A stretch of 53,737 nt of DNA from Candidatus Bathyarchaeia archaeon (GTDB lineage Archaea; Thermoproteota; Bathyarchaeia; Bathyarchaeales; Bathycorpusculaceae). Shown piece after piece: positions 26,877 through 36,282 of this stretch (position 1 is the stretch's first letter; each line of letters opens with the position of its first letter). The position numbers were made by a program, and so were the translations under genes. Location of the stretch: assembly GCA_038883715.1 (NCBI GenBank), contig JAVZLS010000009.1:1-53737 (forward strand), written 5' to 3'. The notes under the pieces are model-generated. The model was not told the DNA's origin and did no database searches. It was given only the letters and a program-made list of their open reading frames with translations.

Positions 26877-27035
26877 CTACCGTAACGGAAATTCATGTCC
26901 GCATTTTGGGCATTTTGCATAGCTACATTGAACTGTTGATGGGCATCCTGAACATGCAAACGCTCGCCCATAGGATATGTCAAATGTGAAGCCGCACTTG
27001 GGGCAGTTTACAAGCTTTTTAGCTTTTAAGCCCAA
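26877..27035 (-). CDS. Unannotated 52-aa seven-cysteine metal-binding microprotein
   Basis: TTG start after AAGGTG; MGLKAKKLVNCPKCGFTFDISYGRAFACSGCPSTVQCSYAKCPKCGHEFPLR. Confidence 0.8.
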   Translation of the reverse strand: MGLKAKKLVNCPKCGFTFDISYGRAFACSGCPSTVQCSYAKCPKCGHEFPLR

Positions 27036-27186
27036 ATTTTAGCACACCTTACAAAACGACAAGCACGGCAAACCTTTAAAACCTTTCGAGGAAAACGTGC
27101 CTTATGGAAAGTTTTAACAGCAACAAACCTTATATAATTAGGGTTGAGCCTTAAAATGCTAGCTTCATGGTTGTCGGCATGGGAAA

Positions 27187-28170
27187 TTGATGCAAACTGA
27201 AAAACTTGAAAGGATGAGGCTGTATAAAGACCCAAATATCCAAGTTTTCTTAAGTAAATTTTTAAGTGGTGAAATAAGCGAGCTTAAACCCACCTTCGAC
27301 CCGAAGTTTGGCTACAAATATGTTGAAATTGAGGCAATCTTGGGGGACTCTTCAAAAGTTGAGGATTTCTTGGATAGGCTTTATGAAGCGAAAGTCATAG
27401 AGCGGAAGCTTTATGACAAAATATTGTACTGCCCCAGTTGTGGTTCGCAGAACATTTCAACCCACTATTGTTGTCCATACTGCAAATCCTTCAACATACA
27501 GAAGGGTTCTCTGGTTGAACATGTTAAATGTGGTTATATGGATGTTGAAGAGAACTTCAGAAAGGGCGGGAAGCTTGTCTGTCCAAAATGCCGTGAAGAA
27601 CTGAAGAAGCCTGAAGTAGACTATAGGAAGGCTGGAATATGGTGCACGTGCAAGGACTGCGGCAAAAGCTTTGACATACCCATTACAAGGCATTTTTGCC
27701 GGGAATGCCAAGCCGATTTCACTTTTGAGGATGTGGAAATTCGAGATGTCTACGCCTACACGTTGAATGAAGATGTTAGAGGTGAAATAACAGCTGGATG
27801 GATTTTTGTCGCGCCGATAAAGGAGTTTCTCGTCGAAAGTGGATTCGAAGTTGAGGCTCCAGCCTTTCTGAAGGGGAGGTCTGGCGCCAACCACATGTTT
27901 GACATAGCCGCCTACAGAAAGGAAATAACCAAAAAGGTGACGGTAATGGATGTGGCAACAGCAACAGAAGACGTGGTTTCAGAACAGCCAGTAATAGCCC
28001 TCTTCGCAAAAATATATGACGTGGCGCCAGACGCTGCCTTCCTCATAGCTATTCCAAAGTTAAATGACAACGCAAAGAAAATGGCTGAACTATACAACAT
28101 TAAGGTTATCGAAGCTAGGGATTCAAAAGAGGTTATGAAGGCTCTTAAGGATAAGCTGGGCAAGAAGTAG
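27187..28170 (+). CDS. TackOD1-like multi-zinc-finger protein fused to a restriction-endonuclease-like (Mrr-type) domain
   Basis: wHTH-like N-terminus; CPSCGS, CPYCKS, EHVKCGY, CPKC, CKDCG, CREC; C-terminal 'GRSGANHMFDI'. Confidence 0.75.
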   Translation: MMQTEKLERMRLYKDPNIQVFLSKFLSGEISELKPTFDPKFGYKYVEIEAILGDSSKVEDFLDRLYEAKVIERKLYDKILYCPSCGSQNISTHYCCPYCKSFNIQKGSLVEHVKCGYMDVEENFRKGGKLVCPKCREELKKPEVDYRKAGIWCTCKDCGKSFDIPITRHFCRECQADFTFEDVEIRDVYAYTLNEDVRGEITAGWIFVAPIKEFLVESGFEVEAPAFLKGRSGANHMFDIAAYRKEITKKVTVMDVATATEDVVSEQPVIALFAKIYDVAPDAAFLIAIPKLNDNAKKMAELYNIKVIEARDSKEVMKALKDKLGKK

Positions 28171-28177
28171 GCTGAGC

Positions 28178-30010
28178 CTAAAAAGTGTCTATGTTACCCC
28201 GCTCGGTGACAATTTTAACAGTGAAATCGCTGGCTGGTGGAGGTATGTCCACCCTCATGTAGGTTGCGCTTTCTCCGGAGTTTATGAAGAAGTCTGCATC
28301 ATAACGCATGTGATGGGTCGCGTTGATAACCCATATAGAGACTATGTGGGCTGTTGTGGCGCCGCTGTTTTTTATCTCCAAAATTAAGCCATTGAGGATT
28401 ACGCGGACGCCTATGAAATCGATGTGGACGAATGTTTGGTTTTCACTTGTGCCCTCGTCACAGAACATTATTTGGACAGTGCCGTCGTCTCTTATGTAAC
28501 ACGTCCAATTCTCAGCTATGCTAATAGCATAATCGTTCCACCCGTTAGCCGTGGGCTGGTCCCCTTCGGTGTTGTTAAAGCCCACGTCGCTGAAGCTTCC
28601 AGAAGCCCAATCATACGCTTTCATAAACCAACGTTCACCAGCCTCTGAAACGTTGTATCTCACCATTATTTCAACGCCATAAACGTAGTTCAATGGGTAA
28701 GCTGACAAATCTATCGTGAAATTGTTAGTTACTTCGAGGCGGTAAATGTTTGACAAGGTTACCTTAAGCTCTATCCAGTCGACTTTAAGAATGAACGGCG
28801 CTTCTGCTTCTTTTGTTCCGGTTATTTTGATTTTCCAGTTGCCTTCAGCATCTTTAAAGGCCATGGGGTTAACGGATATTAATTGGGTTATATTGACCTC
28901 TTCTGTTCCAATTATGTGGTTTTCATATCCTTCCCCGCTTGTTGGATATTCGCCGGTCTGGTAATTGAAAAGCTGGAATGTTGCCGCTACATCGCCCACG
29001 CTGCAACATGCGTTGATGGCCCATGTTAGGTTCATCCAAAAATTCTGGTCTGACGCCCCACTGAATTCAACTTCAACTTTTTCTTCAGTGGCGGGTTTAA
29101 AAGCGCAATAAATACAATACTCCCTATTCTCATGATTAGGATTCGGCAACGGGTTCGGAAAACTTCCAGTGTAAGTTCTGCTTAAGTAGTGGCCTTGATT
29201 TTGCTGCCCAGGCCTATAGTACAAATATGCGAAACCGCTGCCGGACTGGGCCCAAGCAACAAGCAAGTATTCAGTATTGGCTCTGAGCACTGGTTTTGGC
29301 GCTGCAAAATTAAATGTCACCCATCCAATGGTGGGAGCTGGTACTGTTTTTTCTTCTGTCTGGGCTATTAAGCTTAGGGTGCTGTGTAGATAGATGGCGC
29401 ATCTCATATTTTTTGAACTTGAGGTTACACTTACATATATCGTAATACTTTGCGCCTCACCATCTTTTGTAGGGGTGAAAACCGAACCGACAATATAATT
29501 TTCAGTATTGCGGGTTGATGCCCCGACGGCATTGTTTCCAAAGGTTTCAGTGGTGCTTGAAAACGCTGCTGGATAGCTTTGGAACTGCATGTAAACGCCA
29601 TTATCTGTTTTAAGGTCGGCTATCTCGCCAGAGATAAGCCTTGTTGAGTTGCCTAACGTGTAGTCGGACGGATTATAATGGACTGAGGGAAGTTCCTCCC
29701 TAAAAGACTCGTAAAAACCGTCCACGGCTTTTGTGTCTGTATAGGAGCCGCCTGTTCTGGTTCCCGTTGTTATTGAGAATTCGTTTTGGGCTGTAAGCCA
29801 TTGTGAGCGTGTTATGCGGCTGGCGTTTGTTATGCTTATTGATTCATGCATTCTTTCAATGTCCAGCTGGTTCATTTGATAGTTCCATAGCACCACATTT
29901 GCGACTATAACCGTTATTAGGATTAGGCTTAGCATTACGACTAGGACGTTGCTTACGCCGCGCTTTTCGCTTTTTAGCCTTTTAAGGCGCTTTGTAATAG
30001 CCTCCAGCAT
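28178..30010 (-). CDS. Large archaeal type IV pilin-like adhesin
   Basis: Class III signal peptide KRG|VSNVLVVMLSLILITV; C-terminal pilin strands IKNSG...IVSIWV...KIVTERGN. Confidence 0.8.
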   Translation of the reverse strand: MLEAITKRLKRLKSEKRGVSNVLVVMLSLILITVIVANVVLWNYQMNQLDIERMHESISITNASRITRSQWLTAQNEFSITTGTRTGGSYTDTKAVDGFYESFREELPSVHYNPSDYTLGNSTRLISGEIADLKTDNGVYMQFQSYPAAFSSTTETFGNNAVGASTRNTENYIVGSVFTPTKDGEAQSITIYVSVTSSSKNMRCAIYLHSTLSLIAQTEEKTVPAPTIGWVTFNFAAPKPVLRANTEYLLVAWAQSGSGFAYLYYRPGQQNQGHYLSRTYTGSFPNPLPNPNHENREYCIYCAFKPATEEKVEVEFSGASDQNFWMNLTWAINACCSVGDVAATFQLFNYQTGEYPTSGEGYENHIIGTEEVNITQLISVNPMAFKDAEGNWKIKITGTKEAEAPFILKVDWIELKVTLSNIYRLEVTNNFTIDLSAYPLNYVYGVEIMVRYNVSEAGERWFMKAYDWASGSFSDVGFNNTEGDQPTANGWNDYAISIAENWTCYIRDDGTVQIMFCDEGTSENQTFVHIDFIGVRVILNGLILEIKNSGATTAHIVSIWVINATHHMRYDADFFINSGESATYMRVDIPPPASDFTVKIVTERGNIDTF

Positions 30011-30407
30011 GGGTTCCCCTCATTGTTACAACATCTAAGTGATATAGACTGCCCGGCATCCAACTGTAAGTAACGTTAAACCACCCGTGATCACCTAATC
30101 CCAGCTCTAGGGTTGGCGATAGATATCTCGTGTGGTTTATGTAGACTGTGGATATGCGGATTGACGCTTTCCCAACATTGCGAAGGTAAATGCTTATTTG
30201 TCGTGTCCCAGCCGCGTCATTGAACCAGACGTCTTCTATGATTAGGCGTTCTCCCATGGTTTCGCGGAGGTTTGTTGTTATTATGTACGTGGTGGCGGCG
30301 GCTATTGACATGGTGGCAACAGCGACAACCATAAGCAACAGGTTGCTCAGCACTGGGGTTATAGCCCGCTTGTCCATGAAAAACCTCAAAAGCCTATGAG
30401 TGTTCAC
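29982..30407 (-). CDS. Archaeal type IV pilin
   Basis: KRA|ITPVLSNLLLMVVAV, ERLIIEDVWF, YLRNVG, VVTMRG. Confidence 0.85.
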   Translation of the reverse strand: MNTHRLLRFFMDKRAITPVLSNLLLMVVAVATMSIAAATTYIITTNLRETMGERLIIEDVWFNDAAGTRQISIYLRNVGKASIRISTVYINHTRYLSPTLELGLGDHGWFNVTYSWMPGSLYHLDVVTMRGTHAGGYYKAP

Positions 30408-30419
30408 TGCGCAGTCACC

Positions 30420-31265
30420 TCATAGGAAGAGTTTTAGGGCTATGTAGCCGCACAGCATCATTACTAGGCTGTGCTTCAGCCCGGCGCTTATTGTGCCTTC
30501 GCCCATTTTTCCAGCCACCAAACCTCCGAAAAAGCCTTGAATGGCAGTCATGTGCAAAAACAAGCGTTTTATTTCTGCCGGAGCCATGATGGCTGCTCCG
30601 AGCATAGGTAAGCCTTGTATGTCAACGAAGAAGGATTTGAAAAGCAGTATAATAGTGAATAGAAAGACGAAGAAAGCCACATAGATTATGGCAATGTATG
30701 GTCTTGTTCGGTTTCGCCGTTCTTTGTGAAGTATAAGGGTTGACTGGACAAACTTGCCCATCGGGTCGAAAACCTTTTCCACACGTCCACCTGAACGATT
30801 AGCCTCAATTATGAGAGGTATGGTTCTATGCACAAGAATGGTGTTAACGCGCCTAGCAAATGCGATTAAGGCTTCTTCTAAAGTCATACCCCAAGAGATT
30901 TGGGCATTCATCTTCCGCAACTCAGCTGTCAACGGACCGAAATCCCTCTTCGCAGCCTCCTCTAAGGCTTTAGGCAGCGTCATGCCAGTTTCTTGCGCTT
31001 GCACAATGCTTCTAAAAAGGTCTGGCAAGTGCTCATCTATGGCCCTCTTCCACCTATAATCCACGTAATTTATGATTGTTGGCGGTGTAAAAGCCGCAAT
31101 AACAGCGAAAAACACAAATTCGTCGAAAACTGTTGTGCCCCAAGCAGTGAAGAAGCCGTAAACTATTATGGATATGGCTAGAATAGCTGACGAAGCCCAA
31201 ACGATTTTTTTGACTGTTTTCTCCACTTTTGGCATTTGCGCTCTACCACTTTGGGGAGATGGCAT
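30420..31265 (-). CDS. Type II secretion system F-family (TadC/ArlJ-like) pilus platform protein
   Basis: LPDLFRSI...GMTLPKAL...FGPLTAEL...SGG...GLVAGKMGEG. Confidence 0.88.
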   Translation of the reverse strand: MPSPQSGRAQMPKVEKTVKKIVWASSAILAISIIVYGFFTAWGTTVFDEFVFFAVIAAFTPPTIINYVDYRWKRAIDEHLPDLFRSIVQAQETGMTLPKALEEAAKRDFGPLTAELRKMNAQISWGMTLEEALIAFARRVNTILVHRTIPLIIEANRSGGRVEKVFDPMGKFVQSTLILHKERRNRTRPYIAIIYVAFFVFLFTIILLFKSFFVDIQGLPMLGAAIMAPAEIKRLFLHMTAIQGFFGGLVAGKMGEGTISAGLKHSLVMMLCGYIALKLFL

Positions 31266-32214
31266 CCAGTATTAGGAGAAACATTATTGAGCCTACGGGA
31301 ATCCCAATGTAGGTTAATATGTTTAGCAAAAGGTCTGGGCCTAGAAGCCCGAGGCCCCCGCCCATCATAGCCATAACAGCCAGCATAATTATGAGAAGCA
31401 GGGGTCCAGTGACAAGTATAGCCACATAAAACTCTGAAAGCATAGACAACGTGTCTGAGAATTTGCGGAGGCTTATCCTCTTCAACTTCATGTGCTGCTT
31501 TGACTTCTCCCTTAAATAGGCGGCAAGGTTGCTCCCAGAATGAATTGTTGATATGAAACCTTCAATCATTTCCCGAAACCTCTCAGAGGGCGTCCGCTTA
31601 GAGGCTTGCTCCAAAGCCGAAATTATGTCCAAGCCGAAGAGGTTTACATCCCTAATAACGTTCTTAGCCTCCGCGGAAACCGCCAACGGAATGGGGAGAT
31701 TCGAAAGTGAATAGAAAATTTTCTCCGGTGGAACGCCAGCACTGGCCAAAATTGACATATAACCAGTCGTAAAAGCCAACTCATCCTCAAGTTCTCTTTT
31801 AAATTTGTCGGCTCGGTAAACCGGGTAAATGTAAAACCCGATAATTGAAAAGGCAACTGCGAAGAGGCTTCCGCCCAAAGCGAATAGGAAGGCTGGAAAA
31901 AGAGGTACGTCAAACATGAAAATTAATAGGCATGGAACAACCACAAAGGTGGCAAGTGCAATTGTAAGCGTAGAAAAGACTGTTAGGCTTATGTAAACCC
32001 TAAAACCAGTCTTAAGTCCAGCCCTCTGCAAGTGCAAACTCAAATCTTCAAAGAGGGGCAATATGCGGCTGATTTTGCCGCCCACCAGCCTATAAGCAAC
32101 GGATTGGAAACTTCCAGTCTTAAATTTCTCGCTTTCGCTTTCCTTTTGGGCTTTTGTGGAGCGAATTTTTGAAAGAAACTTTTTGAAGGCTTCAGCAATT
32201 TTTGGGCTTTTCAC
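31243..32214 (-). CDS. Type II secretion system F-family (TadB/TadC-like) pilus platform protein
   Basis: MSILASAGVPP, FGLDIISAL, RTPS, SGSNLAAYL. Confidence 0.88.
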   Translation of the reverse strand: MKSPKIAEAFKKFLSKIRSTKAQKESESEKFKTGSFQSVAYRLVGGKISRILPLFEDLSLHLQRAGLKTGFRVYISLTVFSTLTIALATFVVVPCLLIFMFDVPLFPAFLFALGGSLFAVAFSIIGFYIYPVYRADKFKRELEDELAFTTGYMSILASAGVPPEKIFYSLSNLPIPLAVSAEAKNVIRDVNLFGLDIISALEQASKRTPSERFREMIEGFISTIHSGSNLAAYLREKSKQHMKLKRISLRKFSDTLSMLSEFYVAILVTGPLLLIIMLAVMAMMGGGLGLLGPDLLLNILTYIGIPVGSIMFLLILDAISPKW

Positions 32215-33761
32215 TTCAGTCCCATCCTCGCTCTCTGATAAACACGCGACGGGTTAGCATAGTATTCGCGGATTACGTTGGCAACTTCCGTGTATCTGCG
32301 GATGCCCTTCTTAACCATCCATTCCAAAACTGTTTTTCTTCGTTGAAGCTCCCGCCTAACATCTTCCTCGCTGACGTCCATCTTCCTCATGTGTTCTTCA
32401 AGGAGGGAGCTATGCCCCAAAAACTCGAATTTGTCCTCGCTAGCCTTCCATCGGAAGACTTCCTCTATTATCAACTCCTTTGTTTTAGTGTCTAAACCGA
32501 CAACCTCCGTTGCTGTGAAAGTTCTTCTCGCTGGCTTGCCCTCAATTTCGGTTCTTGCCATAACCATTATCACGTCAATCATGGCTATGAGGGACTTTGG
32601 AATATTCATCGGTTCTGATTCAAGGCGGTTTATCACGGCTTCAACGGATTCGGCGTGGATTGTGCACATGCCCAAGTGACCTGTCGCCATGGCTTGGAAA
32701 AGTGTGTAGGCTTCTTCCCCGCGAATTTCTCCAACAATTATGTAGTCTGGTCTTTGGCGCACAGCAGCCTTCAGAAGGTCGAACAACGTTATGCTTCCGC
32801 TTCCTTTGTCCTCGTGTCCAAAACCGAGCCGAACAACTGATGGAATCCAGTTTTCGTGGGGTAGGTTTAGCTCTTGAGTGTCTTCAACGCTTACTATTTT
32901 CATTTCAGGCTTTATGAACATGGATAGGCAGTTCAGCATTGTTGTTTTTCCAGCAGCTATGCCCCCGGCGACAAGCACCGAAGCCCTGTTCTCTATGATG
33001 TACCATAGGTATGCAGCCATATCCGACGAAAGGGTGTTGAAGGCAATTAAGTCGGAAATGGTTAGGGGGTCAACGCGGAAGCGGCGGATGGTGAACGTTG
33101 AACCTCTACGGGTGATTTCATTCCCATAGGTTAGTTGTATGCGACTCCCGTCTGGAAGCGAGGCATCCAAAATCGGTGAGGCAATCGAAATGTTTTTTCC
33201 AGCCAAGTATGCTAAGCGGATTATGAAGGAGTTTAGCTCCGCCTCATCCTTGAAAATTATGTTTGTTGGCAGCGACTCATACATGCGGTGCCAAACGTAG
33301 ATGGGTATGTTTACACCGTCAGCCGATATATCCTCAATAAAGTGGTCCTTCATCAGAGGGTCTATCTTCCCATACCCAATAAAATCTCTTATAATGTAGT
33401 AGAGGAGCTTGTCAACGGATTCCGGCAGAACCTTGATGTGGTATTTCTTGATTATTTGGGTGGTTTTTTCCTTTAGGTATTTTTCCGCTTTTTCCTTGGT
33501 TTCGATTTCTTTTAGGTTTACGTCTATCTCTTCCATTAGGAGGCTTTTAATCTCTTTTAGGAGGTTTTCGTCTTCTTTTCGCAGTGTTGGTTCTATCACT
33601 TCGTATCGGGTTTTTTGGGTTCCTGGATCTTTTACTATGGCGGCGTAGATGTATGGCTCTTGTATTGGGTAGACTTCTCTGAAGACGGCTGGTTTTTTGG
33701 CTTTTCCTTCGATTATTATGCCTAGTTGTGTTTTTTCTTCGGTTTTTTGGGTTTTGGGCAT
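32211..33761 (-). CDS. Type II/IV secretion (pilus assembly) ATPase
   Basis: GGIAAGKTT, SVEDTQEL, RQRPDYIIVGEIRG, AMATGH, TIHA. Confidence 0.95.
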   Translation of the reverse strand: MPKTQKTEEKTQLGIIIEGKAKKPAVFREVYPIQEPYIYAAIVKDPGTQKTRYEVIEPTLRKEDENLLKEIKSLLMEEIDVNLKEIETKEKAEKYLKEKTTQIIKKYHIKVLPESVDKLLYYIIRDFIGYGKIDPLMKDHFIEDISADGVNIPIYVWHRMYESLPTNIIFKDEAELNSFIIRLAYLAGKNISIASPILDASLPDGSRIQLTYGNEITRRGSTFTIRRFRVDPLTISDLIAFNTLSSDMAAYLWYIIENRASVLVAGGIAAGKTTMLNCLSMFIKPEMKIVSVEDTQELNLPHENWIPSVVRLGFGHEDKGSGSITLFDLLKAAVRQRPDYIIVGEIRGEEAYTLFQAMATGHLGMCTIHAESVEAVINRLESEPMNIPKSLIAMIDVIMVMARTEIEGKPARRTFTATEVVGLDTKTKELIIEEVFRWKASEDKFEFLGHSSLLEEHMRKMDVSEEDVRRELQRRKTVLEWMVKKGIRRYTEVANVIREYYANPSRVYQRARMGLK

Positions 33762-33897
33762 CTGCTTCCCTTTTTGCTGATGGTTTAGGGTGGTGGCTGG
33801 TTTTCCAACTATTATAATATCGCAAGTCTTAATAAGCTATATGCACGCCTAATCCTTAACAAACTTAACAAAAAACACAAAATCGTTAAAAAGCGCA

Positions 33898-33984
33898 CTA
33901 CTTGTACCGGGCTCTCCGCTTCTGCCTCTTCTTCTTCTGCCGCCTCATCCTCTTCTTTTTCCATTTAGCTCGGATTTCCGGCAC
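33898..33984 (-). CDS. rpl41e: Ribosomal protein eL41 (L41e/eS32), unannotated; start GTG 33984 or non-canonical ATC 33975
   Basis: Frame reads (V)PE-I-RAKWKKKRMRRQKKKRQKRRARYK-stop, closely matching eukaryotic eL41 [25 protein letters not shown] (recalled). Confidence 0.85.
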   Translation of the reverse strand: MPEIRAKWKKKRMRRQKKKRQKRRARYK

Positions 33985-34011
33985 TCCCCATAATGCATAA
34001 CCGCGCAAAGC

Positions 34012-34611
34012 CTATTCTATTGTGGCGTGCCTACGCCTTAAATCTTCTTCAGTTGTCCCCATGCGGTGCATAAGCTCCACAATCAAACCGTCCAGGAAAA
34101 CCATGCAGTTGTTCTCGAAAATGCTTCCAAGAGGGGTTAGGGGCTCCCTCTCACCCATAAGCTGCCTAGCCAAATAATCCTCCTCTTTAGGCCAACCAGC
34201 CTTAGTCCTACCCTTAATCGTAACAACAAGGTCAGCTATACGCCCCAAGGGGGATTCTGGAAAAGATGTTATGGCAACCACTGTTGCTCCAATTTCTTTT
34301 GCTGCCGCACTCGCTGTTAAAACCATTTTTGTTGCGCCAGTTCCTGAAATGGCTATTAGGAGGTCTCCTTTCTCCGCTGCAGGTGTTATTGTTTCGCCCA
34401 AGAAGTAGACGTTGAAGCCTAAGTTCATTAAGCGGAGGGCGAAGGCTCTTCCCACGAAGCCGCTTCTTCCCATGCCTACAACGAATATTTTTTTGTTTTT
34501 TGCGCCCAGAAGTAGCTCTATGAAGCGTTCAACCTCTTTTGGGTTAAGCTCTTCAATGGAGCTTTTAATCCCTGAAATGATTTCCTCGGCTGCGGCTTTC
34601 AACCATTCCAA
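34012..34611 (-). CDS. hxlB: 6-phospho-3-hexuloisomerase (SIS domain)
   Basis: GMGRSG, FALRLMNLG, GETITP, ISGTG, PLGSIFE, RHATIE. Confidence 0.92.
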   Translation of the reverse strand: MEWLKAAAEEIISGIKSSIEELNPKEVERFIELLLGAKNKKIFVVGMGRSGFVGRAFALRLMNLGFNVYFLGETITPAAEKGDLLIAISGTGATKMVLTASAAAKEIGATVVAITSFPESPLGRIADLVVTIKGRTKAGWPKEEDYLARQLMGEREPLTPLGSIFENNCMVFLDGLIVELMHRMGTTEEDLRRRHATIE

Positions 34612-34666
34612 GTTTTCAAGCTCCGAGAAACCCTTTACACGAGAGTCTATGTTAAAAGTCTTGCGG

Positions 34667-35461
34667 TTAAGCCAAGCCTGTTAAGATTTCTTCTAAACGT
34701 GGAATTCGGAGGTATAGGCGGACTAGGATTGCGGCGGCTAAAATGCCGATGGTTAGAAATATGAAGATGTAGTCGCTTCTCCGCAGTTTCAAAACATAGA
34801 GGTTTGTACGCTTTTTCACTGCCCCCCAAGCGCGGGACTCCATGGCTTCAGCCAGTTCGAGGCTTCTGCGGATTGCACTAACAATAAGCGGTATGAGAAT
34901 CGGAATGTAGTTTCTAATCCGCTTTAGGAAGTTGCCCTTTTCAAGCTCTAGGCCTCTTGCCTTTTGGGCGTCCATGATGGTTTGGGCTTCCTCGGCTAGG
35001 ACTGGGACGAAGCGCACAGCTGTTGTGAAGGCGAAGCAGAACTCGTATGGCACGTGGGATTGCTCCAGGGCTAAGCCAAGATGGTCCGGCGACGTTGTTA
35101 AGAAGAATATGGAGAAGGATTCTACGAGAACCAAGAAACGCAGCGTCATGGACAGAGCGTGTTCTAATGCCGACAGTGTAACTACATAGCCGGAGCTTAT
35201 GAAGGAGAATATGAAGTTGACGAAAAATATTATGGACGCCAAGAAGGCGGCGCCTCTCATGGAGCGTGCCCACTCCCGCTTGACACGAGCAACTATAACG
35301 AAGGGAATCTGCATCAGAAAAAGCACAATTAGTGGCAGTAGCTCCCAGAAAAGTATGGCGACAACAAAAATCACACATGCATAAACAAACTTTATTCTTG
35401 GGTCTAGATTGTGAATGGGAGAGCTGACCCTTCTGAAGCGTAGTCCGTCAAAAAAGCTCAT
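34667..35461 (-). CDS. ecfT: ECF transporter transmembrane component EcfT
   Basis: LDPRIK, LTTSP, RFVP, AQKARG, AMESR. Confidence 0.92.
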   Translation of the reverse strand: MSFFDGLRFRRVSSPIHNLDPRIKFVYACVIFVVAILFWELLPLIVLFLMQIPFVIVARVKREWARSMRGAAFLASIIFFVNFIFSFISSGYVVTLSALEHALSMTLRFLVLVESFSIFFLTTSPDHLGLALEQSHVPYEFCFAFTTAVRFVPVLAEEAQTIMDAQKARGLELEKGNFLKRIRNYIPILIPLIVSAIRRSLELAEAMESRAWGAVKKRTNLYVLKLRRSDYIFIFLTIGILAAAILVRLYLRIPRLEEILTGLA

Positions 35462-36282
35462 GCTTGGTGCCTCCGGAAGGCTTTTAGTAGGATTTCTCTT
35501 GCTTCGTAAACGTCTATGACATCTTTTGGAAAGCCTAAATCCGCCAAGTTTATGAAGATTTGAGCTATTTGGGGCGGCACTATGGAGGCTTGTTCAAGTA
35601 TTTCTGGGTCTGTTAGGATTTTTCTTGCTTCGCCATCCGCAACAATTTTTCCGCTCCGCATAAGCACAACTCTCGGGTTGCATTCAGCCACAAACTCCAC
35701 GTCATGCGTCACAATAACAACGGTTTTTCCTTGAGCCTTCAATTGTAGAATGAATTGGCGAAGCTTCTCCTTCTGTTGGTAATCTTGCCCGATGGTGGGT
35801 TCGTCTAAAATCAAGATTTTGGGGTCCCATGCAAGTACTGAAGCCAGTGCCACCCGTTTTCTTTCGCCTCCGCTGAGCATGAAGGGTGAAGTTTTCCGGT
35901 ACTGCGTCAAGCCTAGAAGGTTAAGCGCCCATGTCACCCGCTTTTCTATTACGTCTTGGTTGAAGCCGAAGTTTTTTAGGGCAAAGGCTATTTCCTCCTC
36001 AACGGTTTCGCTGAAAAGTTGATGGTCTGGGTTTTGGAAGACGAAGCCAACCTTTCTGGCTAGGGTTGCAACGCTCACCTTTGTTGTTTCCACGCCGTCC
36101 ACAAGCACTTTACCGGATGTTGGCTTTAAAAGTCCATTAAAGTGTTTTACAAGGGTTGTTTTCCCAGCCCCATTTTCACCCATTATAGCTACAAATTCGC
36201 TGTCTTGAATTGTTAGGGAAACCCCCTTTAGCGCTTCCACCCCGCTTGGATATTTAAAGTAGATGTCTCGAACCTCAATCAT
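35458..36282 (-). CDS. ecfA: ECF transporter ATPase
   Basis: GENGAGKT, FQNPDHQ, LSGGE, DEPT. Confidence 0.92.
   Translation of the reverse strand: MIEVRDIYFKYPSGVEALKGVSLTIQDSEFVAIMGENGAGKTTLVKHFNGLLKPTSGKVLVDGVETTKVSVATLARKVGFVFQNPDHQLFSETVEEEIAFALKNFGFNQDVIEKRVTWALNLLGLTQYRKTSPFMLSGGERKRVALASVLAWDPKILILDEPTIGQDYQQKEKLRQFILQLKAQGKTVVIVTHDVEFVAECNPRVVLMRSGKIVADGEARKILTDPEILEQASIVPPQIAQIFINLADLGFPKDVIDVYEAREILLKAFRRHQA

Noticed and set aside
28178-33761. Archaellum or conjugation locus
   Set aside because: No arlH/arlF/arlG or virB4-like genes; ATPase plus two TadC-like proteins plus pilins fits an adhesive type IV pilus.
33901-33965. Pyrimidine-rich (CTT)n tract as a simple repeat or terminator, or an acidic peptide MEKEEDEAAEEEEAE in another frame
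   Set aside because: Better explained by the Lys/Arg codons of eL41 on the minus strand.
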